A DNA stretch of 64,000 bases, from assembly GCA_950097015.1 (NCBI GenBank), contig CATNEN010000008.1:2790001-2854000 (forward strand). The letters are read 5' to 3'. The position numbers and the translations under genes were made by a program. The notes below the pieces were generated by a model. The model was not told where the DNA came from. It did not search any database and saw only the letters and a program-made list of their open reading frames with translations. Below, in pieces: positions 37,381 through 47,409 of this stretch (within the stretch, counting starts at the first letter, position 1; every line of letters begins with the position of its first letter). Source of the DNA: Macrostomum hystrix (taxonomy: Eukaryota > Animalia > Platyhelminthes).

Positions 37381-37762
37381 TCTCAGATATCCCACAACTG
37401 TGATAATCAGATATCCCACAGCAGTGATCCTCAGATATCCCACAACTGTGATAATCAGATATCCCACAACTGTGATCCTCAGATATCCCACAACTGTGAT
37501 AATCAGATATCCCACAACTGTGATAATCAGATACCCCACAACTGTGATCCTCAGATATCCCACAACTGTGATAATCAGATATCCCACAACTGTGATCCTC
37601 AGATATCCCACAACTGTGATCCTCAGATATCCCACAACTGTGATCCTCAGATATCCCACAACTGTGATCCTCAGATATCCCACAACTGTGATAATCAGAT
37701 ATCCCACAACTGTGATCCTCAGATATCCCACAACTGTGATAATCAGATATCCCACAACTGTC
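37381..37762. repeat. 24-bp minisatellite (TCAGATATCCCACAACTGTGAT[AA/CC]), ~16 copies
   Basis: 24-nt periodicity. Confidence 0.95.
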
Positions 37763-38159
37763 ATCTTCAGAGGTCCTAAATGTGAGATCCTTAAACGTTT
37801 ATTTTTTTGCATTGCCCAAATAATGCGGCTTAAAAAGTTCCAAATGGATGTTTTTAGAGATCCAAAATGTAAATTTTTGTGTGATAAAAGCATAAGTGTG
37901 ATTTTGAGATGGTTCTGTGATGGAATTAGACTAGGTTCGGTTAACTGGCAAAAAATCCCAAGGGCAACGAGATAATTTTTTTTCTCCCACTTTTTACACG
38001 TTTTACAATATTTGAGGAAAGTGACAGTTAATATCTAATGAAAAAACATTTAAGATACAATCCAAACTTTTTATATGGTGAAATCTTATCTAAAAGCTGT
38101 TCTTGGAAGCATATTTCGAGATCTGGCATTTCGATCGCTAGATGTCGAAGACTAGTCAC

Positions 38160-38590
38160 AAGATCTGGTAGTTCAGTCTCTAGATCTGGAAATCCAGTGT
38201 CTAGATTTGATACTTAAGTCTCTTGATTTGGAAGCCCCTGAGTCTTTAGTTCTGGCAGTTCAGTCTCTAGATGTGGAAGATCAGTCTCTAGATGTGGAAG
38301 ATCAGTCTCTAGAACTGGAAGACCAGTCACTAGATCTGGCAGTTCAGTTGCTAGATCTGGCAGTTCAGTTCTTAGATCTGGAAGTTCAGTCTCTAGATCT
38401 GGCTGTTCAGTCTCTAGATCTGGCTGTTCAGTCTCTAGATCTGGCAGTTCAGTTCTTAGACCTGGAAGTTCAGTCTCTAGATCTGGCAGTTCAGTCTCTA
38501 GATCTGGAAGTTCAGTCTCTAGATCTGGCTGTTCAGTCTCTAGATCTGGCTGTTCAGCTCTCTCTGGCAGCAGAGCCTCTAGATCTAGTT
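38160..38590. repeat. 21-bp minisatellite (AGATCTGGCAGTTCAGTCTCT), ~20 copies
   Basis: 21-nt periodicity. Confidence 0.93.
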
Positions 38591-38812
38591 CTTTTCCGGC
38601 TTAGTTTCTGACAAAAAAGAAAAACTATATCCTAAAAACACAGACGAAAACTTGTGCGTTCTGCTCATGAAAGGTAAATGGTTTTGCGCTGTAAAGTCCT
38701 GAGAATAAAAAAACAAATATAGGAATGAGAAAATGAAACAAGGAAAATGAGAACTCTTTATTTAAATGTGACGAGAAGACCAGTGAATAACGCGCAGCTT
38801 ACAGAAGTGCTC

Positions 38813-41800
38813 TCAGCAGGTACCGCAGCCGCCGCCGCCGCCCCCTCCTCCTGGATGGCCCACGCTGGCTCTTTTGCTGCGCTTAATCGGCAGCTGACTC
38901 TTGTCCATAGACAGCTCAATGCGCAGCATCACCAGGTCCAACAGCTTGTCAATGGCCGGCTTAACATTCTCACCTGTGCAGGCGCTAGTCTCCAGGTAGG
39001 GCATGCTTGATGAATCAGTTGAGAGATGAATGCGGGTTAAGGATTAAATCCTTAGGGCGATTTAGTTAAGATTCCTAAACGTGATCTAGAGATCCCTAAA
39101 AAAGATCTACAGAACCGAAATTTGATCTAGAGATCCCTAAATAAAAGTGATCTAGAGATCCCTAAATAAAAGTGATCTAGAGATCCCTAAATAAAAGTGA
39201 TCTAGAGATTCCTAAATAAAAGTGATCTAGAGATCCCTAAATAAAAGTGATCTAGAGATCCCTAAAAGTGATCTACAGATCCCTATATAAACGTGATCTA
39301 GAGATCCCTAAAAAAGATCTACAGAACCGAAATTTGATCTAGAGATCCCTAAATAAAAGTGATCTAGAGATTCCTAAAAAAAAGTGATCTAGAGATCCCT
39401 AAAAGTGATCTACAGATCCCTATATAAACGTGATCTAGAGATCCCTATATAAACGTGATCTAGAGATCCCTAAAAAAGAGATCTAAAGATTCCTAAAAGT
39501 AAAGATTTCAAGTGAATTTAGGTTTTCCTACAAATATTGATCCTGAGATACTTTTAACTGATCGATGTGTTTTGTGCAGATCAATAAACTCAAACTTTCG
39601 ATATCCTTAAATTGATATCTAGGGATCGATATATTGTATCCATCTTAAGATCCCTAAAAAGCTCACTTGAGATCGTCAGCCAGTCGCTGGGCCCGCTCGC
39701 AGGTGACGGCCCGCTGGTCGGTCAGATCTTTCTTGTTGCCAACCAGCACAATGTCCGGCCTGTCACAATAGGCATTGGTCTGGAGCAGGCTGAGCCAGTT
39801 TCGAATGTCCAGAAAACTCTGCTCAGAAGTCAGGTCAAACACAAGTAGGAAGCCCATGGCGTCGCGAAAGAAGGCCGTGCTCAGCGAACGGAAGCGCTCC
39901 TGGCCCGCAGTGTCCCTGGGAGCGAATTCGCATGGGATTTCTAGACTAAACACATGGGAGAAGCAATCCCACACACCTGAGAAGCCATCTCACACACCTG
40001 AGAAGCCATCTCACACACCTGAGAAGCCATCTCACACACCTGAGAAGACATCTCACACACCTGAGAAGCCATCTCACACACCTGAGAAGCCATCTCACAC
40101 ACCTGAGAAGCCATCTCACACACCTGAGAAGCCATCTCACACACCTGAGAAGCCATCTGTGACGTTAACTTTTCTTTGTACCACCCCATGGGGTCGGTGC
40201 TATAAATAGATGTGCGTAGTGCTGAGAGGCCGTGCGTTTTTTGGACCTCCGTGGCTCAACCTGGAGCTTGTGAATCGTGTCCCTCATTCTTACTTGATTA
40301 AAAGAATGCTACATGGTGGCAGCGGTGCGGGCTCTAACCACCCGTACAACTTGCGCTCTAAAGACGGAGCGCCTGGTGAAGACTCTGAAGACACTACTGA
40401 AGAAGCCAGCGGAGTGCCGGAGCCGGTTTCACTGGAGGGCGCGAATCTAATGGAAACCATGAAGGTGCTTCTGACGCCCCAGAGTCGGCAACTTCAGGAA
40501 TTGACTCGCGCGCAAGAGAGACAGTCAGCGTTCTACATGGATCAACTGGCGCGTCAGCAGGCGGAGTTCACGAGGCTGCTTGCCGAAGCCAAGCCACGGC
40601 CTCCAGCGGCGGAACCCAAGCTATTTAAGCTGACGGACTCTGATGAAATCGAAGCATTCCTGATGACCTTCGAGAGGACTGCCGCATCGTGTGGATGGCA
40701 AAAGTCGGAGTGGACGATCCGGCTGGCACCGCTCTTGACAGGCGTCGCGCAGAGTGCATTCCACAGTCTGACGACAGCTGCGAGCGCGGACTACGACCTG
40801 GCGAAGGCGACTATCCTAGCGAGGTACAACATCGGCGAGGAGACCTACCGACAGCGATTCCGGTCTCTGCGGAAGTCACCCGAAGAGACCTTCCAGGCGT
40901 TTGCAACGAAGCTGGAAGACCTGTTTGACCGGTGGATGACAGCTGGACTGGACGAGGACCAAAGAGAGGCGCTGTTAGGAGATGACCCCATCGTCAAGCA
41001 GAAAGTGCTCCTGGAGCAGTTTACAGAGTCTGTGACAAGGGGACTGCAAGTGTGGATGCGAGAGAGAAAGCCGAAGAACATCAAATAGGCTGCGAGTCTG
41101 GCCGATGACTATGCAATGGCAAGGAACAACGACAAGACCGGTGGAACACCAGGACACCCGAACCAGGAGACTGCGGAAGGGGCTACTGTACCCAATGCTA
41201 TCGCCCGACAAAGGACAGTTCAACGACCGCAAAGTCTCAAGCCTCCGATCAGCTGCTTCAATTGTGGAGGCCCCCACAAGAAGTTTCAGTGTCCCAACAA
41301 GCCTTCTAATGTCCACCTGGCCTCAGAAGCAAGAGCTATGGAGGGGGCCTCGGACAGGTTCATCACCGGACAGGCAGACGGCATGGAATTGCGATTCCTG
41401 TTGGACACAGGAGCAGATCGAACCACGATCCGACGCAGCTGCCTGCCTGAGCACATCAATTGGACAGGACACCACGCACTATTGCGCTGCTTTGGGGGCG
41501 ACCTACACCGCCTTCCTATCGCTAAAGTGGAACTGCACCTAAACGGCTACACAGGAACTACCGAAGTCTGCGTGTCCGACTCACTCCCAGTAAGCGCTTT
41601 GGCTGGACTGGATGTGATTAGCCGACTCCAGCCAGGGGTTGGAGGCACCCCTAGCACAGGAGCCGGAGGAGAGGCGCGCGAGGGGGCTAAAGGCCTACCC
41701 CTCCCAGCCAATGAGAGAGAGGGGGTGGGTGCGCCACACCACCCAAAACCCCAGTTAAAGGGGGACGAGAGACTTCACGTGGAAGGCATTGTGGCCAGCG

Positions 41801-44800
41801 GCCTAAACCAGATCGATCCGGAACCGGCTAATAAAGCAAAACCGAGAATGACTAGAGCGCAGGTGCGTAAACATCAGCGAGAGTACAACAAGGCTAAACA
41901 GGAAACAGCAGTGCGCCCCGTGGCATTAGATTACCAGGCAGCCCTACTAGACGACAGTGAGCTTTAGGCGGCAGTACAAACCGGCGCATTGATAGCAGAA
42001 AGCAACGGCAGATTGTATCGACGTCAAGCAGTCGGCGAGGACCAACTGGTGCTTCCGAGAGCTCTGCATGCTACGGCGCTGTCTCAGGCCCATGAGAGTG
42101 CGTTCGCTGGGCACCTGGGAAGAAAAAAAACCTATCAACGATTGGAACAGCGATTCTGGTGGCCGACAATGACCAAGGACGTGAAGGACTTCGTAGCAAC
42201 GTGCGACAAGTGCCAGAAGACGGCCCGAATCCCGAGCAACCACCGGGTGAAGCTTGTGCAAGTGCCTGGAGTGGAGGAGGTCTTTACTAAAGTTGTCATC
42301 GACATCAGCGGGCCGTATCCAAGGACGGCGAGCGGTCACCAGTACATCCTGTCGGTTATCGATGCGGCTACTCGGTTTCCAGAAGGATTCCCACTGCGCA
42401 AGATCGACGCGGAGTCTGTGGCCAAGGCATTGATGGACTGCTTCGTGAGGACCGGCTTCCCGAAGGAGATCCAGAGCGACAGAGGCACTAACTTCTCCTC
42501 GGCACTGTTGCAAGCCCTGTACCGGTGCACCGGAGTTGAAGGCATCCAGTCGACACCGTACCACCCGCAAAGCCAGGCGCTGGTGGAGAGGTTCCACGGC
42601 ACGCTCAAGACTATGTTGAGGCGGCTGCCAGCTCGCGAGAAAAAGAGGTGGGACCAGTACCTGCCTTATTTACTGTTTGCCATCCGAGAGGTGCCTAACG
42701 AGACAACTGGTTTCTCCCCTTTCGAACTGTTGTATGGACAGACCGTACGAGGACCGCTAGACTTGCTGCGACAGACCTGGGACGAGCAACTCACCGAAGA
42801 GAAGAAAGACATCATCTCCTTCGTGCTGGCCCAGAGAGATCGGCTGCGTGCCGGTCAGGAAGCAGCACGAGGCAACGAAGACGTAGCCCGAAAGCGCCAA
42901 AAGCTCTGGTACGACCGGAAGTCGCGGGAACGAGAGCTGAAGCCCGGGGATCAGGTGCTGCTGCTGTTGCCATCGACGGCCAAGAAGCTCCACGCTGAAT
43001 GGCGCGGCCCCTATGAAGTACTGGAGAAGTGCGGCGACGTGAACTACCGGATCCGGATTGGCACGGCAACCAACACGTTCCACATCAATCTGCTCAAGAA
43101 ATACAACGAGCGAGAGTCGATTCTGATGCAGCTGTCAGCAGTAACGCCGGTTGCTCCTGCGCTCTCCGACCGTCTGAGCCCGGACGAGAGGGACCGTCTC
43201 CAGCAACTGGTGCAGGGCTTCGCGAACGTCTTCAGTGAGATGCCGGGTAGGACCGACCTGGTGGAGCACCGAATCCGGACGACATCTGACCGTGTTGTGC
43301 GCATCCGGCCGCGACGGGAGCCGCAGGCACATCGACAGGTGCTCCAAGAGGAGATCCAACGCATGCTGGATCTCGGAGTGATCGAACCGTCGGACAGTGA
43401 CTACTGCTCCCCGGTTTGTCTAGTGGCCAAGAAGGACGGCTCGGTCCGATTCACGGTCAACTTCAAGGCGTTGAATGAGCTGGTGGCTTTCGATTCCTAC
43501 CCAATGAAGAACATCGAGGATCTGCTGGAGCGAGTCGCCAAGGCCAAGTTCATATCCAAGCTAGATTGCTGCAAGGGCTACTGGCAGATTCCTCTGTCCG
43601 AGAACTCGAAGCGGCTGACGGCATTCGCGGCCGGTGGCAAGCTCTACCAATTCACCGTAATGCCCATGGGCTTAAACTGCAGCAGCGCAACGTACCAGAG
43701 GCTCATGGACAAGATGTTCCAAGGACTGGGCAACGCAGACTCATACGTCGACGACATCGCCGTGTTCAGCGAGACCTACGAGCAGCACGTCCACGACCTG
43801 AGGGAGGTGTTAGGACGCCTCCAGGCTGCCGGTCTGACGGTGCAGCCACGCAAATGCTACCTGGGCGGCAACTCGGCGGACTACCTCGGCTTCAAGCTCG
43901 GCGGAGGCCAGATCGGCACGAGCGAGGATCGAGTGCGGACTATCACGGCACTGGCTCGACCCCAGACCAAGGCCCAGCTGCGATCAGTGCTCGGAGTGCT
44001 CAATCACTACCGTCGGTTCGTGCCCGGCTACTCCGACAAGGTGGCAGCCCTGACTGACCTCACGAAGAAGTCGGCGCCCGAGGACCTAAGAGCGGCCTGG
44101 GGAGATCAACAGACTCGAGCCTTCGAGACAGTAAAGTCTCTGCTGGCGAGCGAGCCGGTACTACGCGCGCCGGATTACAGTCGGCCATTCATTCTGGAGA
44201 CGGACAGCTCGGAGACCGGTATCGGTGCGGTGTTAACGCAAGAGTTCGAGGACGGCCACCATCCGGTGCTATTCGTATCGCGGCGTCTGACTTCGGCGGA
44301 GCGGAGCTATGCGACGATCGAGAAGGAGTGCCTCGCGGTGCGCTGGGCGGTCGAGAAACTGCGCCACTACCTGCTCGGCCGCCGGTTCGTTATCAAGTCC
44401 GACCACAAGCCACTGCAGTACCTGCAGATGGACCACACCAACCCGCGGCTCCAACGTTGGGCCTTCTATCTGTCTGGCTACGACTACGAGATCCGGTACC
44501 AGCCAGGCAGAAGCAATGCGGTGGCCGACGGTCTCAGCCGCATCTGGACTGATTGATTGACCAAATGATTTACTGACTGACTCAGGATTGAGTGACTGTC
44601 CACGTGATTTATTGTACCAGACGGCTCAGTAACTGATTTTGCATTGCTGCTGGTTTAATCGATTTTGCAGTGCCGTAGGATCGATTGATTTGTAGTGTCG
44701 TAGTTTACGCGATTTTGCGTTGCCGATTTAAATTTAAGTTTTGCTGTTTCCTGCGATTCAATTCTGACCTGAAATTTGATCCGGCTTCGTTCTTGTGGTG

Positions 44801-45430
44801 GAGGATGTGACGTTAACTTTTCTTTGTACCACCCCATGGGGTCGGTGCTATAAATAGATGTGCGTAGTGCTGAGAGGCCGTGCGTTTTTTGGACCTCCGT
44901 GGCTCAACCTGGAGCTTGTGAATCGTGTCCCTCATTCTTACTTGATTAAAAGAATGCTACACCATCTCACACTCCTGAGAAGCCATCTCACACACCTGAG
45001 AAGCCATCTCACACTCCTGAGAAGCCATCCCACACACCTGAGAAGCCATCTCACACACCTGAGAAGCCATCTCACACACCTGAGAAGCCATCTCACACCC
45101 CTGAGAAGCCATCTCACACACCTGAGAAGCCATCTCACACTCCTGAGAAGCCATCTTACACCTAATAAGCAGCTCCCCCGCTCACCAGAGCTGCAGATGC
45201 ACCCGCTGGGTCTCGCCCGCCTGCCCATTGGCAGCCGAAGTTGATCGATGAATTAATCGCTTCTGCCGAAAGTCGATACCAACGGTGCTGACAAACCTGG
45301 AGTGAAATACGCCGTCGGTGTACTGATAAAGGATGGAAGTCTTGCCAACGCCCGAGTTGCCCAAAGTCAAAAGTTTGATCAGGTAGTCATAGTCGTCAGA
45401 ATATTTGCCGACCAAGGAGCTGTTGAAAGC
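38813..45430 (-). CDS. RAB27: Rab27 small GTPase; exons 45186-45430, 39667-39915, 38813-39005; initiator ATG not encoded locally
   Basis: [38 protein letters not shown]|[40 protein letters not shown]. These are diagnostic Rab27 motifs. Introns are GT-AG with consistent phases (2,2). AATAAA at 38757-38762. Confidence 0.95.
39069..39500. repeat. ~24-26-bp minisatellite (TGATCTAGAGATCCCTAAATAAAAG) in Rab27 intron 2
   Basis: Recurrent units. Confidence 0.9.
39958..40157. repeat. 21-bp minisatellite (GAGAAGCCATCTCACACACCT), left half of an array split by the LTR element
   Basis: 21-nt periodicity; resumes at 44962. Confidence 0.95.
40158..40313 (+). repeat. 5' LTR
   Basis: TGTGACG...GCTACA; TATAAATA at 40201; ATTAAA near the 3' end. 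Confidence 0.96.
40306..41088 (+). CDS. gag: Gag (capsid with SCAN-related C-terminal region), interrupted by TAG at 41086-41088
   Basis: [58 protein letters not shown], and the frame continues AASLADDY after the stop. Confidence 0.8.
   Translation: MLHGGSGAGSNHPYNLRSKDGAPGEDSEDTTEEASGVPEPVSLEGANLMETMKVLLTPQSRQLQELTRAQERQSAFYMDQLARQQAEFTRLLAEAKPRPPAAEPKLFKLTDSDEIEAFLMTFERTAASCGWQKSEWTIRLAPLLTGVAQSAFHSLTTAASADYDLAKATILARYNIGEETYRQRFRSLRKSPEETFQAFATKLEDLFDRWMTAGLDEDQREALLGDDPIVKQKVLLEQFTESVTRGLQVWMRERKPKNIK
40314..40327 (+). promoter_or_regulatory. Primer-binding site, probably tRNA-Leu
   Basis: TGGTGGCAGCGGTG directly after the LTR is complementary to the ...CACCGCTGCCACCA 3' end typical of eukaryotic tRNA-Leu (assigned from memory, not searched). 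Confidence 0.75.
41089..41967 (+). CDS. Gag C-terminus, zinc knuckle and aspartic protease, ending at in-frame TAG 41965-41967
   Basis: [13 protein letters not shown] knuckle; [12 protein letters not shown] protease motif. Confidence 0.85.
   Translation, partial: AASLADDYAMARNNDKTGGTPGHPNQETAEGATVPNAIARQRTVQRPQSLKPPISCFNCGGPHKKFQCPNKPSNVHLASEARAMEGASDRFITGQADGMELRFLLDTGADRTTIRRSCLPEHINWTGHHALLRCFGGDLHRLPIAKVELHLNGYTGTTEVCVSDSLPVSALAGLDVISRLQPGVGGTPSTGAGGEAREGAKGLPLPANEREGVGAPHHPKPQLKGDERLHVEGIVASGLNQIDPEPANKAKPRMTRAQVRKHQREYNKAKQETAVRPVALDYQAALLDDSEL
41968..44556 (+). CDS. pol: Pol: integrase, then reverse transcriptase, then RNase H
   Basis: INT: [49 protein letters not shown]: [34 protein letters not shown]: [30 protein letters not shown]. 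Confidence 0.95.
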   Translation, partial: AAVQTGALIAESNGRLYRRQAVGEDQLVLPRALHATALSQAHESAFAGHLGRKKTYQRLEQRFWWPTMTKDVKDFVATCDKCQKTARIPSNHRVKLVQVPGVEEVFTKVVIDISGPYPRTASGHQYILSVIDAATRFPEGFPLRKIDAESVAKALMDCFVRTGFPKEIQSDRGTNFSSALLQALYRCTGVEGIQSTPYHPQSQALVERFHGTLKTMLRRLPAREKKRWDQYLPYLLFAIREVPNETTGFSPFELLYGQTVRGPLDLLRQTWDEQLTEEKKDIISFVLAQRDRLRAGQEAARGNEDVARKRQKLWYDRKSRERELKPGDQVLLLLPSTAKKLHAEWRGPYEVLEKCGDVNYRIRIGTATNTFHINLLKKYNERESILMQLSAVTPVAPALSDRLSPDERDRLQQLVQGFANVFSEMPGRTDLVEHRIRTTSDRVVRIRPRREPQAHRQVLQEEIQRMLDLGVIEPSDSDYCSPVCLVAKKDGSVRFTVNFKALNELVAFDSYPMKNIEDLLERVAKAKFISKLDCCKGYWQIPLSENSKRLTAFAAGGKLYQFTVMPMGLNCSSATYQRLMDKMFQGLGNADSYVDDIAVFSETYEQHVHDLREVLGRLQAAGLTVQPRKCYLGGNSADYLGFKLGGGQIGTSEDRVRTITALARPQTKAQLRSVLGVLNHYRRFVPGYSDKVAALTDLTKKSAPEDLRAAWGDQQTRAFETVKSLLASEPVLRAPDYSRPFILETDSSETGIGAVLTQEFEDGHHPVLFVSRRLTSAERSYATIEKECLAVRWAVEKLRHYLLGRRFVIKSDHKPLQYLQMDHTNPRLQRWAFYLSGYDYEIRYQPGRSNAVADGLSRIWTD
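44806..44961 (+). repeat. 3' LTR, preceded by the polypurine tract GTGGTGGAGGA
   Basis: Reads identical to the 5' LTR. Confidence 0.96.
44962..45165. repeat. 21-bp minisatellite, right half of the split array
   Basis: Same unit as 39958-40157. Confidence 0.95.
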
Positions 45431-45500
45431 CTGCAATTAATGAGAAACTTTTCTACTTTAAGTAGTATATAGTGAGTTGTTTGCTTGTATTATTGTACCC

Positions 45501-46843
45501 AGACAATAGTCTGGTGTGACAGACAAGGGTCCTGTGTGACAGACAATGGTCCTGTGTGACAGGCAAGGGTCCTGTGTGACAGACAAGGGTCCTGTGTGAC
45601 AGACAATGGTCCTGTGTGACAGGCAAGGGTCCTGTGTGACAGACAAGGGTCCTGTGTGACAGACAATGGTCCTGTGTGACAGACAAGGGTCCTGTGTGAC
45701 AGGCAAGGGTAATGTGTGACAGACAAGGGTCCTGTGTGACAGACAAGGGTCCTGTGTGACAGACAATGGTCCTGTGTGACAGACAAGGGTCCTGTGTGAC
45801 AGACAAGGGTCCTGTGTGACAGACAAGGGTCCTGTGTGACAGACAAGGGTCCTGTGTGACAGACAAGGGTCCTGTGTGACAGACAAGGGTCCTGTGTGAC
45901 AGACAAGGGTCCTGTGTGACAGACAAGGGTCCTGTGTGACAGACAAGGGTCCTGTGTGACAGACAAGGGTCCTGTGTGACAGACAAGGGTCCTGTGTGAC
46001 AGACAAGGGTCCTGTGTGACAGACAAGGGTCCTGTGTGACAGACAAGGGTCTTGTGTGCCAGACAATGGTCTTGTGTGTCAGACAATAGTCTGGTGTGTC
46101 AGACAATGGTCTTGTGTGTCAGACAATGGTCTTGTGTGTCAGACAATGGTCTTGTGTGTCAGACAATGGTCTTGTGTGTCAGACAATAGTCTGGTGTGTC
46201 AGACAATGGTCTTGTGTGTCAGACAATGATCTGTGTGTCAGACAATGGTCTTGTGTGTCAGACAATGGTCTTGTGTGTCAGACAATGGTCTTGTGTGTCA
46301 GACAATAGTCTGGTGTGTCAGACAATGGTCTTGTGTGTCAGACAATGGTCTTGTGTGTCAGACAATAGTCTGGTGTGTCAGACAATGGTCTTGTGTGTCA
46401 GACAATGGTCTGTGTGTCAGACAATGGTCTTGTGTGTCAGACAATGGTCTTGTGTGTCAGACAATGGTCTTGTGTGTCAGACAATAGTCTGGTGTGTCAG
46501 ACAATGGTCTTGTGTGCCAGACAATGGTCTTGTGTGTCAGACAATAGTCTGGTGTGTCAGACAATGGTCTTGTGTGCCAGACAATGGTCTTGTGTGTCAG
46601 ACAATAGTTTGGTGTGTCAGACAATGGTCTTGTGTGTCAGACAATGGTCTTGTGTGTCAGACAATAGTCTGGTGTGTCAGACAATGGTCTTGTGTGTCGA
46701 ACAATGGTCTTGTGTGTCAGACAATGGTCTTGTGTGTCAGACAATGGTCTTGTGTGTCAGACAATGGTCTTGTGTGTCAGACAATGGTCTTGTGTGTCAG
46801 ACAATAGTCTGGTGTGTCAGACAATGGTCTTGTGTGCCAGACA
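45501..46843. repeat. 20-bp minisatellite, ~67 copies, in two domains (CCTGTGTGACAGACAAGGGT then CTTGTGTGTCAGACAATGGT)
   Basis: 20-nt periodicity with a variant switch near 46050. Confidence 0.96.
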
Positions 46844-47228
46844 AATGCCTTTTTATATATTTTACTCCTCTTGACTGCAAAATACCGTTATGCCTTAAAA
46901 ACGAAGTAAAAAACACCAAGCCAAAAAAAATCAACAGAAAAAAATTCTTTCCGAAGTTATAGAACATTCTTTAAAATTTTATAACAGTAATTGCCACAAT
47001 AAAGTTAACAGACGCTATCATATACAGATGAGTATATATGCAATTTGAGATTGAACAAAAACATAATTAAAAAACACTGAAAGCTCAACAGAAAAATGCT
47101 CCAATGTTTTCGTAGAGTGAAACATTGCGATTAAGGATTAACTTATTTAGAAAAAATTAATTTTAATTGTAAACATAGAAATGCAGCATACAGCACTTCT
47201 GTTCAAATGTAACAATATAAAAGCAACA

Positions 47229-47409
47229 CATGGGATAGACTAGTAATCCATTCGGTTACTTCACCCATTGCATAGACTAGCAATCCATTATGTTCCTTCA
47301 CCCATTGCATAGACCAGCAATTCATTCTGTTCCTTCACCCATGGGATAGACTAGCAATCCATTCGGTTACTTCACCCATGGGATAGACTAGCAATCCATT
47401 ATGTTCCTT
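47229..47409 (-). repeat. 37-bp repeat of the same family as 35566-35666, ~4.8 copies, 3 nt after the Bora stop
   Basis: Reverse complement of GGATTGCTAGTCTATCCCATGGGTGAAG(G/T)AAC..AAT. Confidence 0.93.

Larger units (their letters stand above)
40158..44961 (+). mobile_element. Full-length Gmr1-like Ty3/Gypsy LTR retrotransposon (4804 bp), antisense in Rab27 intron 1
   Basis: 156-bp TGT...ACA LTRs that read identical; 5-bp TSD CCATC (40153-40157, 44962-44966); PBS; purine tract before the 3' LTR; gag-PR-INT-RT-RH in one frame. Confidence 0.96.

Noticed and set aside
40689-44560. Alternative-frame and antisense ORFs within the retrotransposon, as an env or accessory gene
   Set aside because: Short GC-rich shadow ORFs overlapping gag-pol. 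Only about 250 bp lies between pol and the 3' LTR, too little for env.
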